Notes under the pieces: generated by a model
What the model saw: the letters and a program-made list of their open reading frames with translations, nothing else
What the model was told of the DNA's origin: nothing
The model's database searches: none
Source: a virus
Lineage: Duplodnaviria; Caudoviricetes
Length of the DNA: 64,000 nucleotides
IMG/VR virus record: IMGVR_UViG_3300032138_000009
Coordinates: 17,209 to 81,208 of that record
Strand: one strand, 5' to 3'
Translations under genes and position numbers: made by a program
Part shown: positions 20,401-30,460 of the stretch, piece after piece
Layout of the letters: the number at the start of each line of letters is the position of its first letter
How positions within the stretch are numbered: the first letter of the stretch is position 1

Positions 20401-23270
20401 TAGCATCTGGTAATACTGTGGACCCTGAGACTACATTTGGTGGTAGTGGTGCATGGCCCGGATATGTCGACGGTGCATATATATGTATGGGATATGATGG
20501 TGATGGAGACTGGTTAAGTACTGATGGTCTTACTCAAAAAGGATTTATGAAATTAACTCTTTCTTCTGGTAATTCATCACCACATAATGATTTACCAGAA
20601 AGTGACACTTGGGGATATGCAGTACCTCGAGAAAACCCTTTAACTTCAGCTAAGATAATATCAGTAGCAGGAGAAGGAATAGCTGGTACTCATGAACAAG
20701 GTTTTACTTATAGTGCGGGGGGACATAATTTAATAGCAGTAGATGATATGGATATTTTCCAAGAAGATTTAGATGATGAATATATTATCTATAGAGCGGG
20801 TTGGTATCAAGATAGTGAAATCTTACGAGATGGACCTGATGTGATGGCACCCTTTACAGACGCTACTTGTGTAACTACAAATAATGCAAGCGGATTAACT
20901 CTTAATTCAGCTAATGGTAATATAGAAATAGGTATGGCTGTATCTGGTGCAGGTATACGTAATAATACTTGGGTAGTTAAAAGTGGTTCCACTACATCAT
21001 TTGGTCTAAGCCGTCAGGCAAAGGCTACAGCAGACCCCGTTACATTAACATTTAATAGAGCTTCTCGTACTGCTTTAGGCTATAAACATACTGTTAAATT
21101 ACTCAAAAAAGATATGTCTACTAATACAATATCTTTAAGAGTGACCAGTGGAAGTACTGATATATCGACAGGAATAACAAAAGCCGACGATGATATGACA
21201 GATTTATGTGTTGGTTCGAACTTATATAGTTTATATATTTCACCCAAAAGATATTGGATGGATATGATGTTTTCCCCACCGAATTGGGGTACAAGACAAT
21301 ATGAAAATTTCTGTTTTGTGGGAGAAACTCCTGCCACTGGAAGTATATCTACACAGCTGGGCAGTACATATAACGAAGCACAATACTCTTATGATTTAAC
21401 TAATATGGATACTAGAGGTATGGCCGCAGTCCCTACCCATCCATGGATTCTGGGAGTAGATGAAAAATCTTCTCTTATACTTAACCAAGACTATGGATAT
21501 GGTTCATATGATGAGGAGAAAAATGCAGGTGGAGAAGCAGCTGAGGTAGTACCAGTTTTAAATACTGAAACATATTTTGACCTCAGGAAGATGGTAGAAA
21601 CTGCTACGCCGGGACCACTTGAAGAAGTTAGTCTGGTTATAGGGTTAGAAGATGAAGTTAATGATAAGAGTGTTACCATAGTGGGAGATGATACTACATT
21701 AGACACATCTGGAAGTACCTATTATAGACCTCAGTATGTATGGGAATATTACGATGAACTACCTGAAATAAAAAAGTTCCGAATAGAACCTTCTTTTGAT
21801 GTATTGAGTCCCGATATCAATCTATATGAATTATCAAAACAACCTATAAATAATCTTAGATTTAAGTGGGATGAAAGTGCTGAGGATGTGTGGTATAGAC
21901 ATTTAATAATCAGTCCAAGTGGAGCTATTGAAAATAAATATCATAATTGTAGTTTCTGGGCACCTCTTAATGAGAGTGATGTTAATTGGTCCAATAAATG
22001 GCATAAATATTATACTACCAATTTATCAGGAATGACTGCTAAAAATTTAAAAGGACAGTCCTCAATATCAACCACTAAGGCAACTTATATAGCTTATTAT
22101 CAACCTGTTATTAACGGATTGTCTGGATATGCTACATGGAGAAATTCTAATGCACCCGGACTTTCTATGACAGATGATGGAGCGTGTGCAACTACGGGAA
22201 GTTATAAAGAACTAACAAACTCTATGTATTTTGATATGTCTACAGGTGCTGCTTCTACAGCAGGAGTTAATCCTTGGGCAGAAGCTTGGAGTTTAGTTAT
22301 ACATTGTAATCCAAATAATCAAGATGCAGCGGCTGCTACTAAAACTCAGGGTATGACTGTGTGTGGAGTTGCTCAGATGGCTGGAGCGATGAATTCTGGA
22401 ACTTCAACGCAGTCACTCGACTATCCACCTACTATCTTTCAAGGAAATACTACTCTAACCGCTTCTGGAGCTATGACTTGGGCAGCTTGGGCAACTACGC
22501 CGGGACAAGGTGGTTTTGATTTATTACACGTATATATAAAAGATAATAAAGTATTTTGTCAATATAATCACGAATATAAACTGTATGGTGACAATTCTTC
22601 CCCACGGCCTTTTGCTGCGGGTGCTAGATATGAAGGATTATTACTATCTTCGTCTACAAACTATGCTTTAGATGGAACGGAGAAACTATCTATAACCTTA
22701 ATATGGGATGAAAAATTAGGAGCTGATGTGGAAACTAGTTCTTCTGTACTTAACAACGAACAATTCAGGATGTATATTAACGGACAATTAGAAGATAGCA
22801 CCAGTACCACATTAGGCTCAGTTGGAATCCCACAGGGTACAGTGTTAGGCCCAATATCACCGGGAGGATTTGGAAGAAGTAATTATTCTAAATTTGTGAT
22901 TGGAGTATTTGACACTGCTCATGGGGGAATGTCAGGAGGAGTGGGTCCAAGTATAAGTAATATAGCAGCAGGAGTTGGTTCAGCTCCAAGTAGTATAACC
23001 GCTCCCGGCTATGATGATAGAATTAATGGATATCATGGAACGATAGAAGAAATCATATTATATCCTTATGCTTTAATACCAGTTCCTAATGCAGGAGAAT
23101 TTGAGCTAGTAACTAGAGGTATTCCTGACTATAGTTCAAGTGCTTTGACGGCATCAGAATTAAATTATAATGCTAGATTGTTCGTTTATGATTATACTAA
23201 TGTTAGAGGTAAGTCATCATCAGCAGTAGCGTCTTCACCTAATGTACAATGGAAGGTGACGGGTGTATGA
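17469..23270 (+). CDS. Very large tail-tip/structural protein (1933 aa), probable C-terminal LamG/concanavalin-like domain
   Basis: Follows the tape measure; beta-rich; MYINGQLE and YHGTIEEIILYP motifs resemble LamG. Confidence 0.6.
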   Translation: MIPTKRNHFYTKEIISNAVGVRPQFKDLSVGNAETTLTFKAGLGATQWVVSGNISETPFPNMGELVGGFLQTYVTGMSLSGTSTLPSLYSYKIQNGFPISEGGFTLATGTTDLFGTTSSTIGDALWISSAQFDTGEVWLEETFDGSNKSMGSKLVLPGGGNAAMTMEDAYVKPKDGAEAITFGGDAFFGGGGSNSVETNLGKYFSIGGPSGTSTEDKRIYVRPKSKNRIQGLWTALDDHRDDKQKWQIYEPYWKWDAIRPILKFGKTNPADGTLPDGDATPHNTIFNRIWKDNTTLSSWDVPWGNVMESTMTLVPSEEGGEGQSLNVKSHWWRTPTPSNNFWSVTAKTTAVDYQKSPYNPDDFSTPIQTSWASIYDIPYPIPLDAGGLSEINQDLIGNRTHGDQRTVLPEININMKIAQLLSSPALNIKTASQAGTNGIAYGFVDGTDGYDTQTLNTYAYHNKTFWRSVVVTFSNYKPEEVSNSCTMDEFIRYGLDYAYGVKTPDGGVAGVGNKVSVANRQLGSKIVTGLVFSAFYGASGGSDNGTYDDAKNKFIDNNSIYAYSLPVCAFASGNTSNTKFGLWANIAAGPSPYVPPSTLLHCPLIGELTGSSRANYPYVKIPRNEFFNVKFVFDVQQPWSKNTNYGWYMEENVEPAISYASNLESGVPIRAYFDNLGITTTSGASLADMEVAEMSKKKPYINLALPAFDVSNNSPHYYMSWIDRQGVNMQTLSDRDEVRGTPEHFPRHMTIWVNNFTFAPIGDGTPPSWANYQSWFSDDYWVSDEQMYPVLKSDGTVSQSGSWSGPNPTATELLIDSIKFKYWNAPITQNSAGAGMTSRFFKGESLSIPSPVAKVTDAADDYGTGFSPDGELKPVMPGQYLTLGYKDWDWFNIVGGAGTGGTSTGSKSAYMLANNFSTKEFDQMPRATPTAAWISNGGYDGDGAESYFTGYSMFADVQGSYSTVSGTATQSKFSKVFVASGNTVDPETTFGGSGAWPGYVDGAYICMGYDGDGDWLSTDGLTQKGFMKLTLSSGNSSPHNDLPESDTWGYAVPRENPLTSAKIISVAGEGIAGTHEQGFTYSAGGHNLIAVDDMDIFQEDLDDEYIIYRAGWYQDSEILRDGPDVMAPFTDATCVTTNNASGLTLNSANGNIEIGMAVSGAGIRNNTWVVKSGSTTSFGLSRQAKATADPVTLTFNRASRTALGYKHTVKLLKKDMSTNTISLRVTSGSTDISTGITKADDDMTDLCVGSNLYSLYISPKRYWMDMMFSPPNWGTRQYENFCFVGETPATGSISTQLGSTYNEAQYSYDLTNMDTRGMAAVPTHPWILGVDEKSSLILNQDYGYGSYDEEKNAGGEAAEVVPVLNTETYFDLRKMVETATPGPLEEVSLVIGLEDEVNDKSVTIVGDDTTLDTSGSTYYRPQYVWEYYDELPEIKKFRIEPSFDVLSPDINLYELSKQPINNLRFKWDESAEDVWYRHLIISPSGAIENKYHNCSFWAPLNESDVNWSNKWHKYYTTNLSGMTAKNLKGQSSISTTKATYIAYYQPVINGLSGYATWRNSNAPGLSMTDDGACATTGSYKELTNSMYFDMSTGAASTAGVNPWAEAWSLVIHCNPNNQDAAAATKTQGMTVCGVAQMAGAMNSGTSTQSLDYPPTIFQGNTTLTASGAMTWAAWATTPGQGGFDLLHVYIKDNKVFCQYNHEYKLYGDNSSPRPFAAGARYEGLLLSSSTNYALDGTEKLSITLIWDEKLGADVETSSSVLNNEQFRMYINGQLEDSTSTTLGSVGIPQGTVLGPISPGGFGRSNYSKFVIGVFDTAHGGMSGGVGPSISNIAAGVGSAPSSITAPGYDDRINGYHGTIEEIILYPYALIPVPNAGEFELVTRGIPDYSSSALTASELNYNARLFVYDYTNVRGKSSSAVASSPNVQWKVTGV

Positions 23271-26200
23271 GCTCCGCAAAATGGTATTCTGATAGTGATG
23301 CTTCTACTGCCGCTACTACAGCTACAGTAATGGATAAAAGATATGTTCAATTTACATTTAATGATAAAGATATCTCAGCACTTTATATAGACTGGGGTGA
23401 TGGTGAAGGTAGGAGTGTAGATACTGCTAATTATCAATGGATGCAATATCCTACACCAGTACAAGAGCCTATAGTATCCCATACATACACAGCTACAGGT
23501 AATTTCGATATATGTGTTCAGACTATAAACCAAAAAGGTATAGTCTCTAAATATTATGCTTCGGGCGGCTCTATCAGTGGTTCTGTTACCCCATTTGAAT
23601 ATAGGAAAAGTATAGAGCGAATGGTTGTTTCTGATGGTCCCGCAACTGCTATTATGAAGTGTGAAAATCGAACTGTAAAATCAGGTATAGATAACAGCAT
23701 ATTTGATGAGATAGGGTCAGGGCAAGTATATGCTCAAATTCCCCCTATACTTAATGCTACTGAGTATGGTTATTTACCAAGCAAGATTAAGCTAGCCATA
23801 ACTGCGGTACTGGTGGACTCTACTAGAAGTAGTAGTTCTGAAGGTTTGGATGTGATAAGTACTGATGGAGGTTCACGTCGAGTAGAAAAAATCTATATGG
23901 AGCTTGATACTGAAGATGCAGGAGATGGAACTTATGATGGACCTCAGAATATATTAACTCTTGCAACTGATATATCTGGTAATGCTGCTGCGATAGATGG
24001 AGCTGCTATATCTCAGATATTAAAGGTAGAATATAGAAACCCTAAAGTAGGTAGTTCATATCTCACTGATTATACGCGCAACGAAGTCTTTAATAGATTG
24101 AAGATATTTTTAACTGCATTTGATTATGCATCTGACGGTGGTACATTTCGTCCAATTACATATGTCTCTGCTGGTAGTCCAATTAAATCAGTAGATGATT
24201 TATATAGATATATAACTATGGATTTTTCACAAAGTAGAGCTAAAGCATCTAATGTGAGTAATTCAAAATATCGTTATGACAATGGGAAAGGGATTTTCGA
24301 CCTTGAAACATTCCAATGGAGTATAACTGGTACTAACTATTTTAATAATAATACAAGACAGACAAAAGAAACTAAGAGGATTGACTATACTTATATGCCT
24401 CGTCCTTTTGGATTGAGAGGTAATGATACATATGGTTCTACTGGAACTCAAGCACTTTATAATGGGAAGTGGGTGGAGAATACTACTGCAACTACAGCCT
24501 CTACTTCTTACATCGTGGACCAGTTTGCTTTGGATGACTTTGGTAGATTTTATGACCAATATCATTTAGTTAGAAATTCAATGCAGCCCTCTAGTTCTGC
24601 TGATGCTACTGGCACTACTGTCAGTTCATTAATAGATAATAAACCTTACGTCTTTAGAATAACTCCTCCAGTTAATTGGACTGGAGCCAACGATGATACA
24701 CAATCCGCTACAAAGATAGATGCACCGGGTATGGATACAGCAGATGGTAATTATACTGCGGATTATACTTCTGAGGCTTTTAATAATGCTTATGAGAATG
24801 AAGTTAGTTTTACAGGAATGAATGGTGCAAGTTTCAAAGATATAGATAATGCTTCGAGAAAGGCCAATGAATACTTCCTTTTACTTTTTCCTAAGAAGAC
24901 TAATAAGGTTTTCTTTAATATGACTAATTATGCTAATAAAATGATGTCTGATTGGGCTAATGCTACAGGTTTAACTATAGCAGGTGTTTATTATTTGGGT
25001 GTCGAAAAATCTGGAACTATTAATCAAGTAGCAGAATGGAAAGCTTTAGAATTTGAGGACACAACTAGCATTTCTAAAACATATGCTAATACCACTAATG
25101 GTAATAGTCTTTCTGGTTCATATGTTACCAAAGAAGAATCCTTTACCAAATCAGGATATATATCTTTTGATACACCTTCAGATTGGGACGCTATATCTTT
25201 AGATAATTTATGTGGAGGATACTATAATAGTACTGACCAAACAGCTACAGGTAGTTTGAGTATTAAAATTACTGGTACTATCTCTGGTAATGCTGATAAT
25301 GGTTTAGTTGGTAGATATTTAGTAGTTACTGGTTCAAGTATAAGTGACCAAATGACAGAGCATTTTAATATACCCCCAGATGTAGGAGCATTTAAATATA
25401 TAGCTTTCCCTAGTGGTACTAATAATATGCCTCTATGGTTAGGACAAGGACTTGGTTATGGTTGGGATGGTGATGATACTTTATATTTCCACTATGGAGA
25501 AAATAATGCTACTCACTATAATGTTGAAGGACTTACTGAAGATGACCCCATTAAGTGGATTATTAGACGTATTAATATTTATGATGTTATAGATGGCCCT
25601 TCTAAAGTTTATAAGGGTTCTACTGCTGCTGATTTACCTCCTGTAGATGCAGGGCCAACCGAAGCTGGTGCCGGTGTTACGTGGAATGGTACTTATATGA
25701 TAGCTACAACTGGTTCAGGAGTAGGTGCTGCTCTAGAAGCTGCGTGGAAAGATACAGATTTATATGCTTTAAAAATAGCTGTTAATGGAACTGGTGGTGC
25801 AGCAACAAAACCAAAAGCAGAAATGTGGAATGTTTTTGACGCTACAGAAGGACACACTGCTGTAATAAAAGAAATAGATGATAGTGCTTATAACCTTAAT
25901 TCTTTAGCTATTACTAGTTCTATAAGTATGTCGAGGGCAGGCAGTTACTATACCACTATTTCTAGAAAGGGTAAAGTCTTTATCGTAAGGACAGGAACTC
26001 CACTCCAAGAAATAGCTTTCTCAAGTGTAGCTCTAGGTGACACAACTACACCTTCATCCGCTTTCACTACTTCTTCAGTGCCTTCTAGCCTATATGGACA
26101 CCTCCATAAAATTAGAGAAATACAAAGTAATGATGTTAGGGTTTACTGGGATGAACAACAGAAAGATGGCACATATGTAAGAATATGGGGTGTGATTAAG

Positions 26201-26359
26201 GGTATTAATGAAACATATGCTACAGGTGGACCTAGAGCTATAACGTCTTATGATTTTAATTTAATGGTAGAAGAGATAGCTTTATTAGATATAGATGGCG
26301 ACTTAATGACTGATGTATTTCCTATAGGGGGTATACAAGATGCTAGAAGCTACTCCTAA
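23267..26359 (+). CDS. Tail-tip protein with N-terminal PKD-like domain
   Basis: ATGA overlap start at 23267; IDWGDG...SHTYTATGNFDI is a PKD signature. Confidence 0.6.
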   Translation: MSSAKWYSDSDASTAATTATVMDKRYVQFTFNDKDISALYIDWGDGEGRSVDTANYQWMQYPTPVQEPIVSHTYTATGNFDICVQTINQKGIVSKYYASGGSISGSVTPFEYRKSIERMVVSDGPATAIMKCENRTVKSGIDNSIFDEIGSGQVYAQIPPILNATEYGYLPSKIKLAITAVLVDSTRSSSSEGLDVISTDGGSRRVEKIYMELDTEDAGDGTYDGPQNILTLATDISGNAAAIDGAAISQILKVEYRNPKVGSSYLTDYTRNEVFNRLKIFLTAFDYASDGGTFRPITYVSAGSPIKSVDDLYRYITMDFSQSRAKASNVSNSKYRYDNGKGIFDLETFQWSITGTNYFNNNTRQTKETKRIDYTYMPRPFGLRGNDTYGSTGTQALYNGKWVENTTATTASTSYIVDQFALDDFGRFYDQYHLVRNSMQPSSSADATGTTVSSLIDNKPYVFRITPPVNWTGANDDTQSATKIDAPGMDTADGNYTADYTSEAFNNAYENEVSFTGMNGASFKDIDNASRKANEYFLLLFPKKTNKVFFNMTNYANKMMSDWANATGLTIAGVYYLGVEKSGTINQVAEWKALEFEDTTSISKTYANTTNGNSLSGSYVTKEESFTKSGYISFDTPSDWDAISLDNLCGGYYNSTDQTATGSLSIKITGTISGNADNGLVGRYLVVTGSSISDQMTEHFNIPPDVGAFKYIAFPSGTNNMPLWLGQGLGYGWDGDDTLYFHYGENNATHYNVEGLTEDDPIKWIIRRINIYDVIDGPSKVYKGSTAADLPPVDAGPTEAGAGVTWNGTYMIATTGSGVGAALEAAWKDTDLYALKIAVNGTGGAATKPKAEMWNVFDATEGHTAVIKEIDDSAYNLNSLAITSSISMSRAGSYYTTISRKGKVFIVRTGTPLQEIAFSSVALGDTTTPSSAFTTSSVPSSLYGHLHKIREIQSNDVRVYWDEQQKDGTYVRIWGVIKGINETYATGGPRAITSYDFNLMVEEIALLDIDGDLMTDVFPIGGIQDARSYS

Positions 26360-27386
26360 GATTTATATTGAAGGAAGAGAAGTCGACTACCTTCAAGGTG
26401 GATATAAAAATGATGGTAATCTCACTGCTGCATCTTTATCATTTACACTCCCCCTGACTTTTGCGGGTCTTAAAAAACTATGGAATAAAGAGGTAACTTT
26501 TTTTCTTAATGAGCACGATAGTGTTCCTGTATTTAGAGGATGGATACGAAGAGTGAAAGAAACCTTTTCAGAAGTAGAATTATATGCAGAAGACGCTTTA
26601 GGTTATATGTCAAAAGGTGGTGAAGAGACAGAGGCTAAGGTGAATTTAACTAACTTTGATAATTTGGATGGTTTAAATGCTGGAGCTTGTATACAGGAAC
26701 TCCTTTTAAAAATTAAATTGGATGGAAAGTTGAAGACAGATATAATAGGAGATACTGACCCAGTATTGCACACTTCATCTCCCTTCAGAGGTACTCTGGT
26801 AGCTTTAGATATTGTAAAAGCATTATTAGGTAGAGCTATAAATACTGATGGGGATTTACCTCGACCTAATATAGGTCGTATTGTTGACGATGGAGAATAT
26901 TCTCAATTTGTTATAGAACTGGAAAGTGATTTAGACACCGCAATACCTAAATTTATTTTCACAGAGAAATTTAATATTAAAGATATAGACATTACTAAGA
27001 AACGCATTCCTACTGTTATAATAGTTAATGGAGATAATACTAGTGGAAAATTTATTCATGATGGAGCTTTAACTGCTCTAGACCGTACATATCTTGAAGT
27101 GGAAAATAAGAGTTTAAAATCCCCAGCAGCCTGTAAAGAGTTTGGAGCTAGAGTATTTGAAGCTAATGCGAGAAATCAATATGAATATAAAATTGTTTTA
27201 ATAGGTGGAGGATATTTATTAGAAAATGACGTAATACAAGTTGCTACGGACGACCCTGAATTTAGTGGTATGTTTAGAATAATAGGAAAGAGTATTTCAT
27301 TTAGTCCTACTGATTATTCTATAGCTGTAATGATAAATAGAAAACCACCTACACTAGCTCAATATATTAGTAGTAGAGATGATTAA
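26340..27386 (+). CDS. Tail hub/baseplate-hub-like protein
   Basis: 348 aa; VFRGWIRRV...ELYAEDAL and FRIIGKSISF patterns of the gpD/XkdQ type. Confidence 0.55.
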   Translation: MLEATPKIYIEGREVDYLQGGYKNDGNLTAASLSFTLPLTFAGLKKLWNKEVTFFLNEHDSVPVFRGWIRRVKETFSEVELYAEDALGYMSKGGEETEAKVNLTNFDNLDGLNAGACIQELLLKIKLDGKLKTDIIGDTDPVLHTSSPFRGTLVALDIVKALLGRAINTDGDLPRPNIGRIVDDGEYSQFVIELESDLDTAIPKFIFTEKFNIKDIDITKKRIPTVIIVNGDNTSGKFIHDGALTALDRTYLEVENKSLKSPAACKEFGARVFEANARNQYEYKIVLIGGGYLLENDVIQVATDDPEFSGMFRIIGKSISFSPTDYSIAVMINRKPPTLAQYISSRDD

Positions 27387-27682
27387 GTTCGTGGATATCC
27401 AGTGTCCCATATTTGTGGACTTCCTGAACCTGAAACATTATTGATTCTATTAACTCCCCAATAATTTCCACGGTTGGCCATACCACCTTGAGATTCACCA
27501 CTAGAGGGATTCATTGTTCTGGCAGATATACTTCCACTAGGCATCCATCTATCTAATTGTTCTGTTGATGTACCTGCTATAGGACCTAGATAATGTACTC
27601 CATCTAACTTTCCGTCAGCTGTCATACCTGCGTTTCGGCCCATCTTGCGTCCATATCCAGTTATATCTGTTTCAAATGTCAT
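27383..27682 (-). CDS. Hypothetical protein (99 aa)
   Basis: G/S-rich ORF with a convergent stop overlapping the + strand stop. Confidence 0.5.
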   Translation of the reverse strand: MTFETDITGYGRKMGRNAGMTADGKLDGVHYLGPIAGTSTEQLDRWMPSGSISARTMNPSSGESQGGMANRGNYWGVNRINNVSGSGSPQIWDTGYPRT

Positions 27683-27684
27683 AA

Positions 27685-27846
27685 TTAATTATCGTGTAAA
27701 CACCAATAACTCCATGAATTTCCTTCTTTAACGATATCTACATATGTATCTGCACCTAATGTTAAAGAATTAGTAGCAGTAGATAGTGCATCTGCTGCAT
27801 CAGACATAGTAGCGTATCCAGTGCCTTTTAAAACTGTAGTTGCCAT
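27685..27846 (-). CDS. Small hypothetical protein (53 aa, MATTVLKG...), not in the ORF track
   Basis: AGGAG SD upstream; fills the gap between RNR and the next ORF. Confidence 0.55.
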   Translation of the reverse strand: MATTVLKGTGYATMSDAADALSTATNSLTLGADTYVDIVKEGNSWSYWCLHDN

Positions 27847-27857
27847 GTTTTATTCTC

Positions 27858-29732
27858 CTAAATCTCGCATTTGTCGCCGACACAAGCATACTCAGCTTTT
27901 CCTTGAGTATTGTCATTGAGCTCGTATTTAGACAATTGCTTATAGTCTATTCTGGGCAGCTTCTTTATAAGCCTTTCGTAGGTTCTAGCATCAATTTCCT
28001 CATAAGGAGCTAATTCATACTTCCCACCATCATAGGGTAAAAAGGATACTCCATTAATAATATCCCAATTTTGATAAACCCAGTTACCTACTTCAAACCA
28101 TTCATCATCTCTAACATATACAGTCATACTAGCATTATGTTCACACCAGTTATGTTGTAAGTTTTTATAGTGTTTAAGTTGGTCGAGGGCTGTTACATCT
28201 TTCCTAGTGAGACACCCATCTGGAGACTTAACAGGAAACTCCACTACCCATGTGGTAGCATCTTTTTTACTCTGACCATTCTCAGGATGACACTTCATAC
28301 CACTATCTTTCATTAATTTAAACAATGGGTCTCGGGCTGCTATACGATAGCGCCTAATATAATATTGAGACCAGCGTGGATGTACTCCTGATGCAGAATC
28401 TACGAGTTGTGAAACTGTGCCTGAAGGTTTAACACAAGTGGTTGCTACTGACACATTTACACCTAATAACTTGGCAGCCTTACGAGATATCCTCAGAACA
28501 CGGCTTTTAAGCGCCGATAGGGCCTCCGATGTCATTAGTGAGGGGTTATCCATCTGACCGGTTAAACTGACGCCTAGAAGCCGTTCTACGTCACAATTCC
28601 TTTTCCACGATTCTCTAAGATATGGAAAGTAAGTAAATGTGCTCTGTATAACACCTATCCATGTAGCAGTCTCAACCTTATCTAAAAGGGTGTCTAAATC
28701 ATCCTCTGCTCTAACTACCACTTCACTAAGATTGCAGAACTCCATATCCCTAAGCATTATTTCGCCACAAGGGTTAGTGCCTTGGATTAATGGAGCATAT
28801 CTGCGAGATGGAGCTTTCTTCTGTGCTGAGTCAAGATTAAATATACCTCTTTCCCCTGTGCCAGATAGAGCTAATGCTGCCCATTCTCTTAAGAACTCTC
28901 CTGCTGATGGTTTCTCTCTAAATATTGCACTGTTATTTGCCATAGCTCTCTTAATAGGGAAGGGCCATTCTTTTGCATGACGCATATCCTTATCATCTAA
29001 ATCACTCAGAGATATCTGTGAACTACGTCTAACACCACCTACTACTACTATTTCTGCTATCTGATTACATATGTCATGAGCTTCTAACGTAGTAAGTTTA
29101 CGTCCTTGTGCATTGTGCATTGTTTCTCTTATGAAGTCGTGTAACTTAACAAGAGGTTGTGGACCAGATGCTCTGCCACCCATTGTTCTAAGGCGAGCTC
29201 CTTCTGGTCTTATTTGTGAATAATCAAAATAAATATTCTGTCCATCATATAAGTTTTCCATAAGCATCTTTACTGAATCAGCCCAGCCAGCTTTGGAATC
29301 AAATATAGGAATAGTTTCTGAACCTTGAGCAGATTTTATTACTGGTATTTCTGGTAGCTTTTCTACTTCTTCTTTCTCAACTGAGAATCCAAAACCAGTA
29401 CCACACATTAAGATATAAAGACATTCTGAAAATGCTTCGACTGTGTTTATCTTTGCGAAAGCACAGTTATATATACATGTGTTATCAAATTTAGCAGCAG
29501 GCCCAGCAGCCCAAAGGAAACGCATAGAGGGCATTACCGCAAATTCTAACATATACTTCCTTATCTTATGAATAGTTTTCTCTGGTATATCTGGGTTTTT
29601 TGAAATTATAAAAGTTAAAAATCTTTCTATTGTTTCGGGCCAATTTTCTCTTCTCTTCTCTTCTCCCTTCCAGCGGGAGTATGTTCGTTTATATATAAAT
29701 TTTGATACTTCGTTTTTAAACATTTTTACCAC
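27858..29732 (-). CDS. nrdJ: Class II (adenosylcobalamin-dependent) ribonucleotide reductase
   Basis: GTNPCGEI, CNLSE and TCVKPSGTVSQL motifs; C-terminal CVGDKC redox pair; no beta-subunit gene in the window. Confidence 0.93.
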   Translation of the reverse strand: MVKMFKNEVSKFIYKRTYSRWKGEEKRRENWPETIERFLTFIISKNPDIPEKTIHKIRKYMLEFAVMPSMRFLWAAGPAAKFDNTCIYNCAFAKINTVEAFSECLYILMCGTGFGFSVEKEEVEKLPEIPVIKSAQGSETIPIFDSKAGWADSVKMLMENLYDGQNIYFDYSQIRPEGARLRTMGGRASGPQPLVKLHDFIRETMHNAQGRKLTTLEAHDICNQIAEIVVVGGVRRSSQISLSDLDDKDMRHAKEWPFPIKRAMANNSAIFREKPSAGEFLREWAALALSGTGERGIFNLDSAQKKAPSRRYAPLIQGTNPCGEIMLRDMEFCNLSEVVVRAEDDLDTLLDKVETATWIGVIQSTFTYFPYLRESWKRNCDVERLLGVSLTGQMDNPSLMTSEALSALKSRVLRISRKAAKLLGVNVSVATTCVKPSGTVSQLVDSASGVHPRWSQYYIRRYRIAARDPLFKLMKDSGMKCHPENGQSKKDATTWVVEFPVKSPDGCLTRKDVTALDQLKHYKNLQHNWCEHNASMTVYVRDDEWFEVGNWVYQNWDIINGVSFLPYDGGKYELAPYEEIDARTYERLIKKLPRIDYKQLSKYELNDNTQGKAEYACVGDKCEI

Positions 29733-29788
29733 TCCATTTGCGGTTCATTACTATAGGATTGACCCCCTATAAAAGGCTTTTTACAAAA

Positions 29789-29905
29789 CTATTTATAGTC
29801 TATTAAAACGCGGCATCCGCAAGTGCAATCTTCATCTTCATCACACTTACAGACTTGATTTGATGTTTCAAAACCTGCCGCAAAATTACTACTTAATTCA
29901 GGCAT
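29789..29905 (-). CDS. Cys-rich micro-protein (38 aa)
   Basis: MPELSS...CKCDEDEDCTCGC; TAATG-coupled to the upstream ORF. Confidence 0.45.
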   Translation of the reverse strand: MPELSSNFAAGFETSNQVCKCDEDEDCTCGCRVLIDYK

Positions 29906-30099
29906 TAGTCGTCTTGAGCGCCGAGCTTAGAACCTAGTTCTTTAACGGCTTCTAGGTATCTTACATTAGGAGTATGTTCCCATGAGTCTACGCTAGGTTT
30001 ATCTTTATCTTTAGCAGGTAAATCATTATAACTCAATAGTGGTTTATGTCCTTCTCCTAAAGATTCGTTAATTTTTGCTTGGCTAACGTCTAGTGCCAT
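29905..30099 (-). CDS. Small hypothetical protein (MALDVSQ...)
   Basis: Start revised to 30099 by TAATG coupling. Confidence 0.5.
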   Translation of the reverse strand: MALDVSQAKINESLGEGHKPLLSYNDLPAKDKDKPSVDSWEHTPNVRYLEAVKELGSKLGAQDD

Positions 30100-30221
30100 T
30101 ATTTCATCTCCGCAACACATGCTTTACAAAGAGATTTATTACTCCTTGGGGCGCAAGTGTGCATCAATGCTTCTTTCTTAGGTGCAGCTTTTTCTGCTTT
30201 TACTTTCTTTGATAGTGCCAT
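30099..30221 (-). CDS. Micro-protein (40 aa, K/A-rich, HTC...CKAC)
   Basis: AGGAG SD upstream; TAATG coupling downstream. Confidence 0.5.
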   Translation of the reverse strand: MALSKKVKAEKAAPKKEALMHTCAPRSNKSLCKACVAEMK

Positions 30222-30230
30222 ATTTACTCC

Positions 30231-30458
30231 TTAATTTACTGGTACGAAATTATTACTCTCATCCATGTATCCCATTTGTCCAGATTCATGAACGAACAGT
30301 TTTTTATCGCCCTTTGATTTTTCTTCAACTTTTTCTTCAACTTTTTCTTCCATAGTTTCCTCTTTTGGTTCTTCAGCAACGACTTCAACTTCTATGCCTT
30401 CGTCTTTAACTTCTTCAACCACTTCCTCTACGGTCTTTTTTGCTGATTTTTTTGCCAT
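30231..30458 (-). CDS. Acidic hypothetical protein
   Basis: E/K-rich, 75 aa. Confidence 0.55.
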   Translation of the reverse strand: MAKKSAKKTVEEVVEEVKDEGIEVEVVAEEPKEETMEEKVEEKVEEKSKGDKKLFVHESGQMGYMDESNNFVPVN

Positions 30459-30460
30459 AC

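Noticed and set aside
668-25000. Short - strand ORFs opposite the structural genes (e.g. 668-931, 1958-2296, 11834-12121, 24263-24565)
   Set aside because: S/I/C/Y-rich shadow frames of long + strand genes, without SD or promoter support.
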